Of a stretch of 64,000 bases of DNA, positions 9,434 through 18,823 are shown piece by piece. Location of the stretch: contig OZ241986.1 in the NCBI GenBank assembly GCA_965204375.1, positions 480,001 through 544,000 on the forward strand, read 5' to 3'. The DNA is from Candidatus Latescibacterota bacterium (GTDB lineage: Bacteria; Latescibacterota; UBA2968). Under the pieces are notes generated by a model. The model saw only the letters and a list, made by a program, of their open reading frames with translations. It was not told where the DNA came from and did not search any database. The first letter of the stretch is position 1; each line of letters starts with the position of its first letter. Both the position numbers and the translations under genes were made by a program.

Positions 9434-10750
9434 CTATCCACTTGTCTTGCCAAAATTTGAGGTAAATATCAAAAAGTCGTTAAAATCTACGTCGCCATCC
9501 TGATCCAAATCACCGATTAAACCGCTTGGCGTGCTACCACCTCCGGTCGGTGTTATTTCAGAGGACCACCGAAGGATCTGATTTTGTCCCCGGGTCTCTG
9601 CGACTCCGTTGCCCGTAGAATCTATATAAGCACGGAATCTGCCGCCTTCAATTCCCAATACGCCGTTGCCCGCTTCATCGGCTGCCATAGCCGCAATGGG
9701 CCGCCCAGAAGCGTTGAGAATGCCCATTACACCGTGCCCATTTTCATCGACACCCAATACGGAAGCCAAAACGCCCTCTCTATTTGTCAACAGTACTGCT
9801 GCATCGCCAGCCTCATCAATTCCCAAATCAACTATTGAACCCGAGGCGCTGACGGCACTGACTGAGCCATTGCCAACATCATCTACACCCAGAATGACTA
9901 CGCCTGTGCCCGATTCAGATGCAGTGCCTACGATCAGTCCAGCATTTCCAGAATTATCGGCACCGAGAAGCGTGAGCGAACCCGAGCTACTGACGGTACT
10001 CACCAGTCCATTACCAGTTTCATCTAAGCCCAGAATGACCGCACCTGTGCCCGATTCGGAGCTACCGCTCACGATCAGTCCCGCATTTCCAGAATCATCG
10101 GCACCGAGAAGAGTAAAGCTCGAACCCAATGCATTTGATGCAGCTACCACACCATTGCCAGCTTGATCTACGCCCATCCCCGCAACAGAGGCATTATTTT
10201 CTATCACACTAATATCTCCGTTGCCAGCTTGATCGGCTGATATAGCCGCAACTGCCGCACCTGCTACGTTCCCTACGAGCAAAATACCATTTCCAGCGGG
10301 ATCCGATCCGATTATGGCGACGACGCCCCCCGCTGCATTTACAATCTGCAGTGTTCTTGTCTGTAGTGTTTGTACTCTCAATGTGTCGGATAAAATCTGC
10401 AGTTCTCCTGCTTGCGCTTGTTTGCCCAATCTCGGTGTCCCATTCTGGCGCGATAGAATATTATTGATAAATTCTGCCTTATCTCTACCTGGGACAAGCC
10501 CTGGTGCCTGTATTCGTTGCGCCAGAATTTTTTTTCGATGCGACCAGTTATGACGAAAGCCCGTATCGCTGTCACTTTCCACATTTACAGAGGTCAATTT
10601 GGGTGGAAGCAGCCGGTGAAACCACTTTGACGTAAAAGCGGGCGATGTGTTGAAAAGAAATACAATGATTAATCCAATTATCGCCCGCATTTGCCAGCGC
10701 ACTCTTTTTTCCAGTGCTTCTACCTTTTTTTCTACGATTTCCCTGTCCAT
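9434..10750 (-). CDS. Membrane-anchored/exported Gly-rich beta-repeat protein with C-terminal dockerin/EF-hand-like motif
   Basis: N-terminal coiled coil plus TM, about 12 (G/A)xDxxGNG repeats, C-terminal GDLDQDGDVDFNDFLIFTSNFG. GGAGA RBS before ATG 10750. Confidence 0.7.
   Translation of the reverse strand: MDREIVEKKVEALEKRVRWQMRAIIGLIIVFLFNTSPAFTSKWFHRLLPPKLTSVNVESDSDTGFRHNWSHRKKILAQRIQAPGLVPGRDKAEFINNILSRQNGTPRLGKQAQAGELQILSDTLRVQTLQTRTLQIVNAAGGVVAIIGSDPAGNGILLVGNVAGAAVAAISADQAGNGDISVIENNASVAGMGVDQAGNGVVAASNALGSSFTLLGADDSGNAGLIVSGSSESGTGAVILGLDETGNGLVSTVSSSGSLTLLGADNSGNAGLIVGTASESGTGVVILGVDDVGNGSVSAVSASGSIVDLGIDEAGDAAVLLTNREGVLASVLGVDENGHGVMGILNASGRPIAAMAADEAGNGVLGIEGGRFRAYIDSTGNGVAETRGQNQILRWSSEITPTGGGSTPSGLIGDLDQDGDVDFNDFLIFTSNFGKTSG
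9850..10130. repeat. Intragenic tandem duplication, 141-bp (47-aa) period
   Basis: cccagaatgac at 9888 and 10029; protein LLGADDSGNAGLIV...GNG vs LLGADNSGNAGLIV...GNG. Confidence 0.8.
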
Positions 10751-10850
10751 TCTATCTCCTTGAATTGGTGGTTGGGTTGTTTGCTTTAGAATATAAAGCA
10801 TCTGTCGAACAATAATAACTTAATCTGAGATAAGCGGCCATGGGTTCTCC

Positions 10851-10889
10851 TTGCTTTGATAAGATGAAACGGCTATTATGGACCGTTTC
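10851..10889 (+). promoter_or_regulatory. Putative promoter with an inverted repeat over the -10
   Basis: TTGCTT-17 nt-TATTAT; GAAACGG-10 nt-CCGTTTC at 10866-10889. Confidence 0.4.
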
Positions 10890-10920
10890 CCGCGAATGTA
10901 GAGAATGGAGGAATGCAGAG

Positions 10921-12312
10921 ATGAATTCGCCAGATCCACTTACCGTATCCAACTACCGCCAACTCTTTGTCGATAACCATCTCATTGACAGTCTCGAATA
11001 TGTGCGTATTCACCAGCACGCGCCTATTCCACGCGAAACTTGCCTCACCCTCAACCGCCCCTGGGAAGGTGAGACGAGTTGGTGTCCCGTTGTTATCAAA
11101 GATGGCGATAAATACAGAATGTGGTACCGATCTCAAGACGAGCAACAGGACACAGGTGGTTTTAACCACACGTTCACTGCTTATGCCGAGAGCGAAGACG
11201 GCATTTGTTGGCAACGGCCTAACCTCGGTTTGTTCAATTTTAATGGTTCAACCGATAACAATATCTGCGTTGACAATCCCAATACCAAGAATATCGCGGT
11301 TTTTGTGGATGAACGTCCCGGCGTGCCAGAATCCGAGCGGTACAAAGCAGCGGGACGCTGGAGCGGTGGCAAACCCGCTCGTATCTACGGTCTCGTTTCG
11401 CCCGATGGCATTCACTGGCAAAACGCAGCAGATGGGCCACTTATCATAGCCTCTGAAGACGATCCCAATTTTGATAGTCCAGTCAGTGCTTTTTGGGATG
11501 CGCGTCAGGGATGTTATGTCCTGTACGCGCGTGGCTGGTTTCCCGATGGCAATGAACCGCGAATGCGCGCCATTCGAATGACGACTTCGCCGGATTTCAT
11601 ACATTGGGACCCATGGCAATATATCTGCATTGATGGCAAAACGCGCTTTGATTATCAACTTTATACAAATGCCGTTCATCCCTACACGCGCGCACCCTAT
11701 TATTTCGCCTTTCCCAAACGCTTTATTGCAACGCGCCAAGCTCTGCCCGAGTGGGGGCACGATGGTCTGTCAGATGTCCTGTTTCTCGCCAGTAGAGACG
11801 GCCTGAATTTCACTCAGCCTTATGCCGATGCGTTTATGCGTCCCGGTCTTGATCAAAACAACTGGCACGAGCGCTCCATTTTTATCGGACCGCGTGTGGT
11901 GTCCACCGCGCCCGGTGAACTTTCACTTTATTCTGTGCAAAATTACCGCACCCCCAATGCGCACATTCGGCGTTTCACCCTGCGGGAAGATGGGTTTGTT
12001 TCTGTTCGCGCTGATGCGAGGGCTGGTATTTTTACGACCAGACCGTTCACTTTCACTGGTACCCAATTGGAAATCAATTATTCTACGAGCGTTGCCGGTT
12101 CGATTCGCATCGCATTGCTCGACGAAGCGGGCGATTCCTTGCCAAAATTCGCGCTCGACGACTGTCCCCATATTTTTGGCGATGAAATCGCGCGCACTGT
12201 TCGCTGGGAAAACGCCAATGCTATCGATGTCGCTCCGAACCAACCTATTCGTTTGCAATTTGAGCTAATTGAAGCAGACCTCTTTTCTTTTCGGTTCTTC
12301 AACCCAGATTAA
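10921..12312 (+). CDS. Five-bladed beta-propeller glycoside hydrolase-like protein (GH32/43-like, uncharacterised)
   Basis: RQLFVDNHLI start, YRMWY, YAESEDGICW, SPDGIHW, SRDGLNF repeats, LREDGFVS C-terminal domain. GGAGG RBS before ATG 10921. Confidence 0.7.
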   Translation: MNSPDPLTVSNYRQLFVDNHLIDSLEYVRIHQHAPIPRETCLTLNRPWEGETSWCPVVIKDGDKYRMWYRSQDEQQDTGGFNHTFTAYAESEDGICWQRPNLGLFNFNGSTDNNICVDNPNTKNIAVFVDERPGVPESERYKAAGRWSGGKPARIYGLVSPDGIHWQNAADGPLIIASEDDPNFDSPVSAFWDARQGCYVLYARGWFPDGNEPRMRAIRMTTSPDFIHWDPWQYICIDGKTRFDYQLYTNAVHPYTRAPYYFAFPKRFIATRQALPEWGHDGLSDVLFLASRDGLNFTQPYADAFMRPGLDQNNWHERSIFIGPRVVSTAPGELSLYSVQNYRTPNAHIRRFTLREDGFVSVRADARAGIFTTRPFTFTGTQLEINYSTSVAGSIRIALLDEAGDSLPKFALDDCPHIFGDEIARTVRWENANAIDVAPNQPIRLQFELIEADLFSFRFFNPD

Positions 12313-12339
12313 CACTGTGTTCACCTACTTTTGATTTTT

Positions 12340-12358
12340 CATCTGCGTGCATCTGCGG
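12340..12358. repeat. Short intergenic direct repeat CATCTGCG x2
   Basis: catctgcgtgcatctgcgg. Confidence 0.45.
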
Positions 12359-12392
12359 ATACTTTTCGATTCTTTAGCCCCGGAGAAATGTC

Positions 12393-13538
12393 ATGAAAAT
12401 CGCCAAAATCGAACAATTTTTTCCCCGCCGTCGAATGCGGTTGATCAAAATTACGACCGATACCGGTATTGTCGGCTGGGGGGAAACCACTCTTGAGGGC
12501 AAACCCAGGAGTACCTGGGCCGCCGTAGAAGAACTTGCCGATTATCTCGTTGGGAAAAATCCCCTGCGCATTGAACACCACTGGCAACATATTTACCGAT
12601 CCGCTTTTTATCGCGGGGGCAATGTGCTTATGACTGCTCTTTCGGGTATTGATCAGGCGCTTTGGGATATTGCGGGTAAATATTTCAATGTGCCGACCTA
12701 TCAGCTTCTCGGTGGACCCGTGCGCGATCGCATTCGCGTTTATGCCCATTGGGGGATTCGCGACAGTTCGGAACGCGGCCTGGACTCTGCATGTGAGCGT
12801 CTTGAAATGCTTCAGGAAAAGGGGGGGTACAAAGCTTTTAAATCGGGGCCAGGCGGCAAGTGGCGCGCCCACGAACCTCCCGCTGTGATCGACCATTTTG
12901 TCAAATGTGCCTATACCATGCGCGAGTGGGTTGGCGATGACTGCGAACTCTGTTTTGATTTTCACGGCAAGATGACGCCCGCGCTCGCTGTAGAAATTTG
13001 CCACGAGATCAAAGGCATGCGTCCCATGTTTGTCGAAGAACCCGTGCCGCAGGAAAATGTCGATGCGCTCAAACACGTTTCCGACCATGTGCCTTTTCCC
13101 ATTGCCACGGGTGAACGCCTGCTTTCGCGCTGGGAATTTCGCACTGTTTTTGAAAAAAATGCCGTTGCCTATATCCAGCCCGATGGATCGCATGCAGGCG
13201 GTATTTCCGAACTCAAACGCATTGCGAACATGGCAGAAGTGTATTATATGCATATCATGCCCCACTGTGCTATTGGGCCAGTTGCGTTCTCTGCCTGTAT
13301 GCAGGTTGATGCCGCTGTGCCCAATTTTCTCATTCAAGAGCAAGTCGATGCGGGTCTGGGTGAGGATCTTCTGCAAGACCCCTGGGTTGTCAGAGATGGA
13401 CATATTGATTTGCCCACCAGGCCAGGTCTGGGGTTTGACCTTATTTCCAAAGAAGCCGAACAAAATATCGGGGTTTACGAAGAAGAACTCGGCGGGGAGT
13501 ATTTTTACGAAAACGATGGTAGTGTTGCAGACTGGTAA
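12393..13538 (+). CDS. Galactonate dehydratase-like enzyme (mandelate racemase/enolase superfamily)
   Basis: GWGE, SGIDQALWDIAGK, DFHG, EEP, TGE, QPD motifs, C-terminal DGSVADW. Confidence 0.85.
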   Translation: MKIAKIEQFFPRRRMRLIKITTDTGIVGWGETTLEGKPRSTWAAVEELADYLVGKNPLRIEHHWQHIYRSAFYRGGNVLMTALSGIDQALWDIAGKYFNVPTYQLLGGPVRDRIRVYAHWGIRDSSERGLDSACERLEMLQEKGGYKAFKSGPGGKWRAHEPPAVIDHFVKCAYTMREWVGDDCELCFDFHGKMTPALAVEICHEIKGMRPMFVEEPVPQENVDALKHVSDHVPFPIATGERLLSRWEFRTVFEKNAVAYIQPDGSHAGGISELKRIANMAEVYYMHIMPHCAIGPVAFSACMQVDAAVPNFLIQEQVDAGLGEDLLQDPWVVRDGHIDLPTRPGLGFDLISKEAEQNIGVYEEELGGEYFYENDGSVADW

Positions 13539-13541
13539 TAT

Positions 13542-14474
13542 ATGAATGAAACACCTGAACAATCCGATAAGATGGGCAAGGCGTTTCTCGATCTCGCCAA
13601 CCGGGGGGAAACGCGCTGGACCAGGTATATCTTGACGCTGCTGATCATTATTGCTGCCTGGTCTTTTGGCAGTGGCGCAGTCCTGCTCGGTGTTTATGGC
13701 TCTGAACCCGAAGGCTTGCCCATGGATGGCACAAATCCTTTTCTGGATTTTATTGCCCTCAACTTGCTCTTTGTCACGGTGCTGATCGGCCTGTGGATTG
13801 GCATTTGCAACGCACACAAACGCCCTTTACGCACGCTTATTACGCCGCGCGATCATATCCGCTGGGGCCGCATGTTGCAGGGCTTTGGTTTGCAGATGGG
13901 TTTGGGGATTGTTTTCGCAGCTATTGACGCTCTGCTCTTTCCCGATAACTACACTTATACCTTGGATCCCGAACGCTTTTACAAATTCGCCATTCTCGTC
14001 CTGTTTCTTACTCCTTTCCAGACCACAACCGAAGAGCTTCTCACGCGCAGTTACTTTTTGCAGATGCTTGGGCACTTCACGCGACATCCCATTGTTCTCG
14101 TTATTCTCAATGCGCTACCCTTTGCCCTGTTCCATTTGATGAATCCCGAGATTGCGAAGTATGGCGTAGTGTCCATGTTAGTCTCCTACTTCGTCGTCGG
14201 CGCGTTTCTCGCTCTTGTCACGCTCAAAGACAATGGTGCGGAACTCGCCATTGGCATCCATGCCGCGAATAACATGTTTGCAGCGGTGCTCGTCAATTAC
14301 GAAGGCTCTGCACTATCTACCAATGCCATCTTTACGATAAAAGAGGTCAATGTCTGGGCAGGTACGATTGCCTACATCGCCTCCGCAGCTATTATGTATT
14401 GGATATTGTTCCGCAGTTCCCCACGGAACCGTATTCCAGGATCGGAGAGGCTCTCCGAGCGCTTGTCCCCTTGA
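13542..14474 (+). CDS. CPBP (CAAX/Abi) intramembrane glutamic endopeptidase
   Basis: EELLTR, FALFH and HAANN motifs, multiple TMs. Confidence 0.85.
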   Translation: MNETPEQSDKMGKAFLDLANRGETRWTRYILTLLIIIAAWSFGSGAVLLGVYGSEPEGLPMDGTNPFLDFIALNLLFVTVLIGLWIGICNAHKRPLRTLITPRDHIRWGRMLQGFGLQMGLGIVFAAIDALLFPDNYTYTLDPERFYKFAILVLFLTPFQTTTEELLTRSYFLQMLGHFTRHPIVLVILNALPFALFHLMNPEIAKYGVVSMLVSYFVVGAFLALVTLKDNGAELAIGIHAANNMFAAVLVNYEGSALSTNAIFTIKEVNVWAGTIAYIASAAIMYWILFRSSPRNRIPGSERLSERLSP

Positions 14475-14567
14475 CCGTGTTCCGAAACGGGCTTAATTGG
14501 GGCGAGGATATAGAAGAAATCGGCGAATACGACTGAAGCACTATACCGACAGAAGAAAGGGCTTACC

Positions 14568-15641
14568 GTGCCTAAATTTCAAGCGAAGGCTTTGCGCCGG
14601 ATTGGTTACGAGCTTTTCGAAGCTGCCGGGTGTACGCCCGAGGACACGCGGACCGTCGTGGACCACCTTGTCGAGTCGAATCTCTTCGGTCACGACTCTC
14701 ACGGCGCCATCCGGTTCTACGAGTATGCCCGGGCGGTCCGGGAAGGGCGGTTCCAGCCCCGGGCGGTTCCGGTGGTCGTCGAGGAGTATCCCTGTCTGGC
14801 TGTTGTGGATGCGAAGGGGGCGATGGGACAGGTGGGCGCGACCTTTGCAGCAAAGCTGGCCAGTGAGAAGGCCCGGATACACGGCGTCGGTTGCGTCGCG
14901 CTGCGGAATACCAGCCATATAGGCCGGGCTGGTGCGTATCCGCTCATGGCCGCCCGGGAAGGATTGATTGGTCTGATCTTTGTGAATGCCGGGCACCTGG
15001 GTTATCAGATCGCCCCTTTTGGGGGAATCGACGGACGCCTGAGCACCAATCCGATCGCATTTGCTGCCCCCCGACGGGAGGCAGAGCCGCTTCTGGTGGA
15101 CATGACGACTTCGGTGGTGGCAGAAGGGAAGGTGCGGGTGGCGATCAACAGCGGGCACCAGGTCCCCGAGGGTTGGCTGATCGATTCGGAGGGGAATCCG
15201 ACCGTGGATCCGGGAGATTTTTCGGCCGATCCGCCGGGCGCAATTCTCCCTATGGGCGGCGTGGTTGCCCACAAAGGCTTTGCGTTGAGCTTGGTGGTGG
15301 AGCTTTTGGGTGGCACTCTCAGCGGGCAGGGATGCGCTGCCGGCGAGCGCCAGATGATCAGCAACGGCGTGCTTTTGACGGTGTACGATATTGCACACTT
15401 TACTGACCGGGAGGCCTATTACGACGAGGTGGAAGCATTGATCCGGCACGTGAAGTCGAGCCGCGTGGCCCCTGGATTTGAGGAAATCCTGCTGCCCGGA
15501 GAGCCGGAGTTCCGCAGCGCGACGCAGCGGAAGATGGAGGGGATCGAGGTGGACGATACGACCTGGTCGATGATCTGCGAGGAAGCGCGCGCCGTCGGGC
15601 TGGAACCCCAGGGATGGGGAGCCGAGCGGTGTGTCGGTTGA
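14568..15641 (+). CDS. Ldh_2 (malate/L-lactate/L-sulfolactate/ureidoglycolate dehydrogenase) family oxidoreductase
   Basis: GHDSHG, SHIGR, STNPIAF, DMTTS, HKGFAL, LPGEPE motifs; GTG start. Confidence 0.88.
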   Translation: MPKFQAKALRRIGYELFEAAGCTPEDTRTVVDHLVESNLFGHDSHGAIRFYEYARAVREGRFQPRAVPVVVEEYPCLAVVDAKGAMGQVGATFAAKLASEKARIHGVGCVALRNTSHIGRAGAYPLMAAREGLIGLIFVNAGHLGYQIAPFGGIDGRLSTNPIAFAAPRREAEPLLVDMTTSVVAEGKVRVAINSGHQVPEGWLIDSEGNPTVDPGDFSADPPGAILPMGGVVAHKGFALSLVVELLGGTLSGQGCAAGERQMISNGVLLTVYDIAHFTDREAYYDEVEALIRHVKSSRVAPGFEEILLPGEPEFRSATQRKMEGIEVDDTTWSMICEEARAVGLEPQGWGAERCVG

Positions 15642-15766
15642 GCGCGCGCTGGCTCCGGGGTCGTTGGGATGTCATAGAACGCGAATCGCCTGACAGCCGG
15701 ACACCTTTGGTAGGAAGGTGGCCAATAGCCCGTGCCCCGGTAGATTTGAGATGAAAGAGAGGGACT

Positions 15767-17116
15767 ATGGCAAATTCAATAGAAATCGGTATTGCGCGTG
15801 CTGACATTACCCCTGCGGTGGGCATTCCCATGGTCGGATTTGCGGGGCGGGGACCTTCAACGCGTATAAACGATCCGTTATATGCCACGGCTATGGCTGT
15901 TTCCTGCGCGGGGGAGCAAGCCGTATTGATTGCTTTGGATCTCCTCCAGTTTAAGGCGGAAACGGTCGCCGAGTTTCGCACACTCATCCAGGCAGCATCG
16001 GGGATTCCCGCTGATCGGATTACTCTGGCATGCAGCCATACGCATTACGGGCCTGATGTCGATCGCGCAGGCAGGCGATCTCCTTCGCCTGGTCCGAGTT
16101 CGCCCGAAGGTGCCGAATTGGTCGATGCTTATCGGATTCATCTCGGCTTCAAACTATCGGGCCTGGTACAGGAGGCACAGCAAAATTTGAAGCCGGCGCG
16201 AATGGGAATCGGCTGGGGCAGTTCCGATATTGGTATTAACCGCAGAGAGAAGACCCCTGATGGGCAAATTATACTCGGCAACAACTACGATGGGCCTGTT
16301 GACCGCGAGGTCGGCGTGGCGCGGATTGAAGATATAGAGGGAAATCCCATCGCCTGTCTGGTCAATTTTGCGACGCATCCCGTTGCACAGACTTCTCAGC
16401 AACGCGCTATTTCCGCCGGGTTTCCGGGAAAGATGACTCAGGTGGTAGAAGGTCTTACGGGCGCGTATTGTCTCTTTCTACAGGGGGCGGCGGGAAATAT
16501 CAATCCAGCTTTGGGATTCCGCCGACCAGATCATCCGCCCGAGAATCTTCACAAACCAGCGGATAGTCTGGGCATTCGATTGGGTTGCGAAGTGGTGCGC
16601 GTGTGGGAAACCATCAGCGTTGGCGAGGCTCAAGGCTTGAATCTCGCTTCAAAAACCATCAGCCTGCCTCGCTACATGTACGGCGACTTAGAAAGCGCGA
16701 AACAGCTCGATGGAGAATTCGCCCAGGAGTTGGAATCGAGAAATCTCTCGGAGGGGCAGCGATATTGGACAGAGTTGAGGCAAAGTCGAGTGCGAGAAGC
16801 GATTGGAAGCTATGAGACGGGGGTTCCTCTCGATCCGGTTGAGGCTGAATTGCAGGCCTGGCGAATTGGCGATCTCGCCTTTGTGACTGCTCCGGCGGAG
16901 ATTTTTACTGAAAACGGCACGCTTGTAAAAAATCAATCGACTTTCGATCACACTTTCTTCGTGGGCTATACCAATGGCTCCATCGGGTATGTACCTACCG
17001 TGGATGCCTACCCCGAGGGGGGATACGAAGTTACTCACGCCTGCCAGGTCGATCCCGAGGCGGGCGGTATGATCAATGAAGATTGCCTGACACTGCTCCA
17101 GCAGGTCGTGGCATAA
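15767..17116 (+). CDS. Neutral/alkaline ceramidase-like amidohydrolase
   Basis: DITP, CSHTHYGP, NFATHP, QGAAGNINP, GYVPT...GGYE motifs. Confidence 0.8.
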   Translation: MANSIEIGIARADITPAVGIPMVGFAGRGPSTRINDPLYATAMAVSCAGEQAVLIALDLLQFKAETVAEFRTLIQAASGIPADRITLACSHTHYGPDVDRAGRRSPSPGPSSPEGAELVDAYRIHLGFKLSGLVQEAQQNLKPARMGIGWGSSDIGINRREKTPDGQIILGNNYDGPVDREVGVARIEDIEGNPIACLVNFATHPVAQTSQQRAISAGFPGKMTQVVEGLTGAYCLFLQGAAGNINPALGFRRPDHPPENLHKPADSLGIRLGCEVVRVWETISVGEAQGLNLASKTISLPRYMYGDLESAKQLDGEFAQELESRNLSEGQRYWTELRQSRVREAIGSYETGVPLDPVEAELQAWRIGDLAFVTAPAEIFTENGTLVKNQSTFDHTFFVGYTNGSIGYVPTVDAYPEGGYEVTHACQVDPEAGGMINEDCLTLLQQVVA

Positions 17117-17130
17117 CGGAGGGGATTTCT

Positions 17131-18603
17131 ATGGCAGATAGACCTAATATCCTGGTGATCATGTCCGATCAACACAGCAAATTCCACATCGGATGTTATG
17201 GCGATGAAGTGGTTCGAACCCCACATATGGACCGGCTTGCCGCCGAAGGCATACGGTTCAACAACGCCTATTGTGCAACACCGCTTTGCGTTCCCAGCCG
17301 GATGGCTTTTATGACATCCAGAACACCCACCGCGAACCGCGTCTGGACAAATAGCCATATTCTCTCTTCCGCCATCCCCACCTGGGCACATGGCATGGGC
17401 GCAGCCGGCTATGAAACTGCCCTGATTGGACGCATGCACTTTGTTGGATCGGATCAGCGGCACGGATTTGAGCGAAGGCCGATCGGCGAACACGGCGCGC
17501 ACCATCCCGGTGCTCCCCGGCAGGGCGCTCCCCTGTTTCGCAAAATGCCTCTGGGCGTTTCAGGTCAAAGCCGCGTGAGCGTAGAATATGCCGGTTATGG
17601 GATGTGTACCTATCAAGCCTATGATGACATGGTCGTTGCGTCTGCCCTTGATTATTTGGACGAGAAGGCCCATGATGGGGGAGATCGCCCCTTTGCCGCC
17701 GTAGCTGGCTTTGTCCTTCCACACTGTCCCTATATCGCGGCTACAAAGGAGCTTTTTGAATACTATTACGATCGCGTCGATGTTCCTCAGCCAACACCGG
17801 AAGAGGCACAGAGAGCACCGGCGGCTATCCGCAAGCTGAAGCGCCTGCGAGACCTCGATCATCCGCTTCCCGAGGAACGCATCCGCGTGGCCCGGGCGGC
17901 CTATTTTGCCATGTGCGAGTACTTTGACAGCATCGTCGGTCAGATGCTCCAGAAGCTGGATGAGACGGGGCTGGCGGAAAACACGCTGGTCATCTACTGC
18001 TCCGACCACGGCGAAATGGCCGGAGAACACGGACTGTGGTCCAAGAGCAACTACTACGAAGCATCTGTTTCCGTGCCTCTCATTGCCCGTTTGCCCGGGG
18101 TTATCCCAGCGGGTGGAATCAGCGATAGCATCTGCAACCTCATGGATATTGGACCGACTCTGGTCGAGATGGCTGGCGCTCCTCCGATGCCTGCTACTGA
18201 CGGCCAGTCGCTGTGGCCCCAGATGTGCGGAGAAAACGATCCGAACTGGGCCGATGAAACTTTCAGTGAATATCTCTGGGTAGCCAACGAAGTGCCTTCG
18301 AGAATGATTCGAAGCGGCCCGTGGAAGCTCTACAAGTACAATGAGCCTACCCCGCCAGCGCTCTTTAATCTGGAAGAAGACCCCGGAGAACTCAATGATC
18401 TGGGGCTGGACACGCAGCACCAGGATGTGCGAGAGAAGCTCTTGAAACGCCTCTACGAAGGCTGGGATCCCGCAGATATCATCAAAGAAACAGCTATTCT
18501 GGATCGGGATTATCGCGCTATTTCGGCATGGGGCCAGGCCGTCCAGCCCATACACGAAGACACTGTAGCCGTGCCGGATGTGGAAGACATCGAACTTCGA
18601 TAG
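17131..18603 (+). CDS. Sulfatase (Cys-type, choline-sulfatase-like)
   Basis: PNILVIMSDQH, CVPSR (CxPxR), GRMHF, SDHGE motifs. Confidence 0.9.
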   Translation: MADRPNILVIMSDQHSKFHIGCYGDEVVRTPHMDRLAAEGIRFNNAYCATPLCVPSRMAFMTSRTPTANRVWTNSHILSSAIPTWAHGMGAAGYETALIGRMHFVGSDQRHGFERRPIGEHGAHHPGAPRQGAPLFRKMPLGVSGQSRVSVEYAGYGMCTYQAYDDMVVASALDYLDEKAHDGGDRPFAAVAGFVLPHCPYIAATKELFEYYYDRVDVPQPTPEEAQRAPAAIRKLKRLRDLDHPLPEERIRVARAAYFAMCEYFDSIVGQMLQKLDETGLAENTLVIYCSDHGEMAGEHGLWSKSNYYEASVSVPLIARLPGVIPAGGISDSICNLMDIGPTLVEMAGAPPMPATDGQSLWPQMCGENDPNWADETFSEYLWVANEVPSRMIRSGPWKLYKYNEPTPPALFNLEEDPGELNDLGLDTQHQDVREKLLKRLYEGWDPADIIKETAILDRDYRAISAWGQAVQPIHEDTVAVPDVEDIELR

Positions 18604-18632
18604 ATGGTGAATCCAAAATTAAGTGTGATCAC

Positions 18633-18794
18633 GTGTCCCAACCATTAGAAACTCGACGCGACCGTCAAGATCAGATGCCCGACTCTTCTCGAGATAGGGG
18701 GTTGACCCTTCGCTCGGTACTCATTGGGCTTTGCTTTGCTGGTCTGGCCAACTTCTGGGTGACCTGGTTCAGTCCGGTGTGGGTCGAGTCCTGA
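18633..18794 (+). pseudogene. Probable N-terminal fragment of an OPT/DUF6785-like membrane transporter
   Basis: RGLTLRSVLIGLCFAGLANFW, then a stop after one TM. Confidence 0.4.
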
Positions 18795-18823
18795 TTCGCT
18801 CTGCGCCGCCTGTGGAGAAAATT

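Noticed and set aside
12339-13817. 492-aa antisense ORF (similar ones at 25502-26884, 36666-37823, 43275-44453)
   Set aside because: These shadow well-supported genes on the opposite strand and have no motifs; expected from codon bias.
18731-18823. N-terminal extension of MlrC, or readthrough/frameshift fusion with the upstream fragment
   Set aside because: ATG 18824 has a GGAG RBS and matches the normal MlrC start; no SECIS-like or slippery signal was seen.
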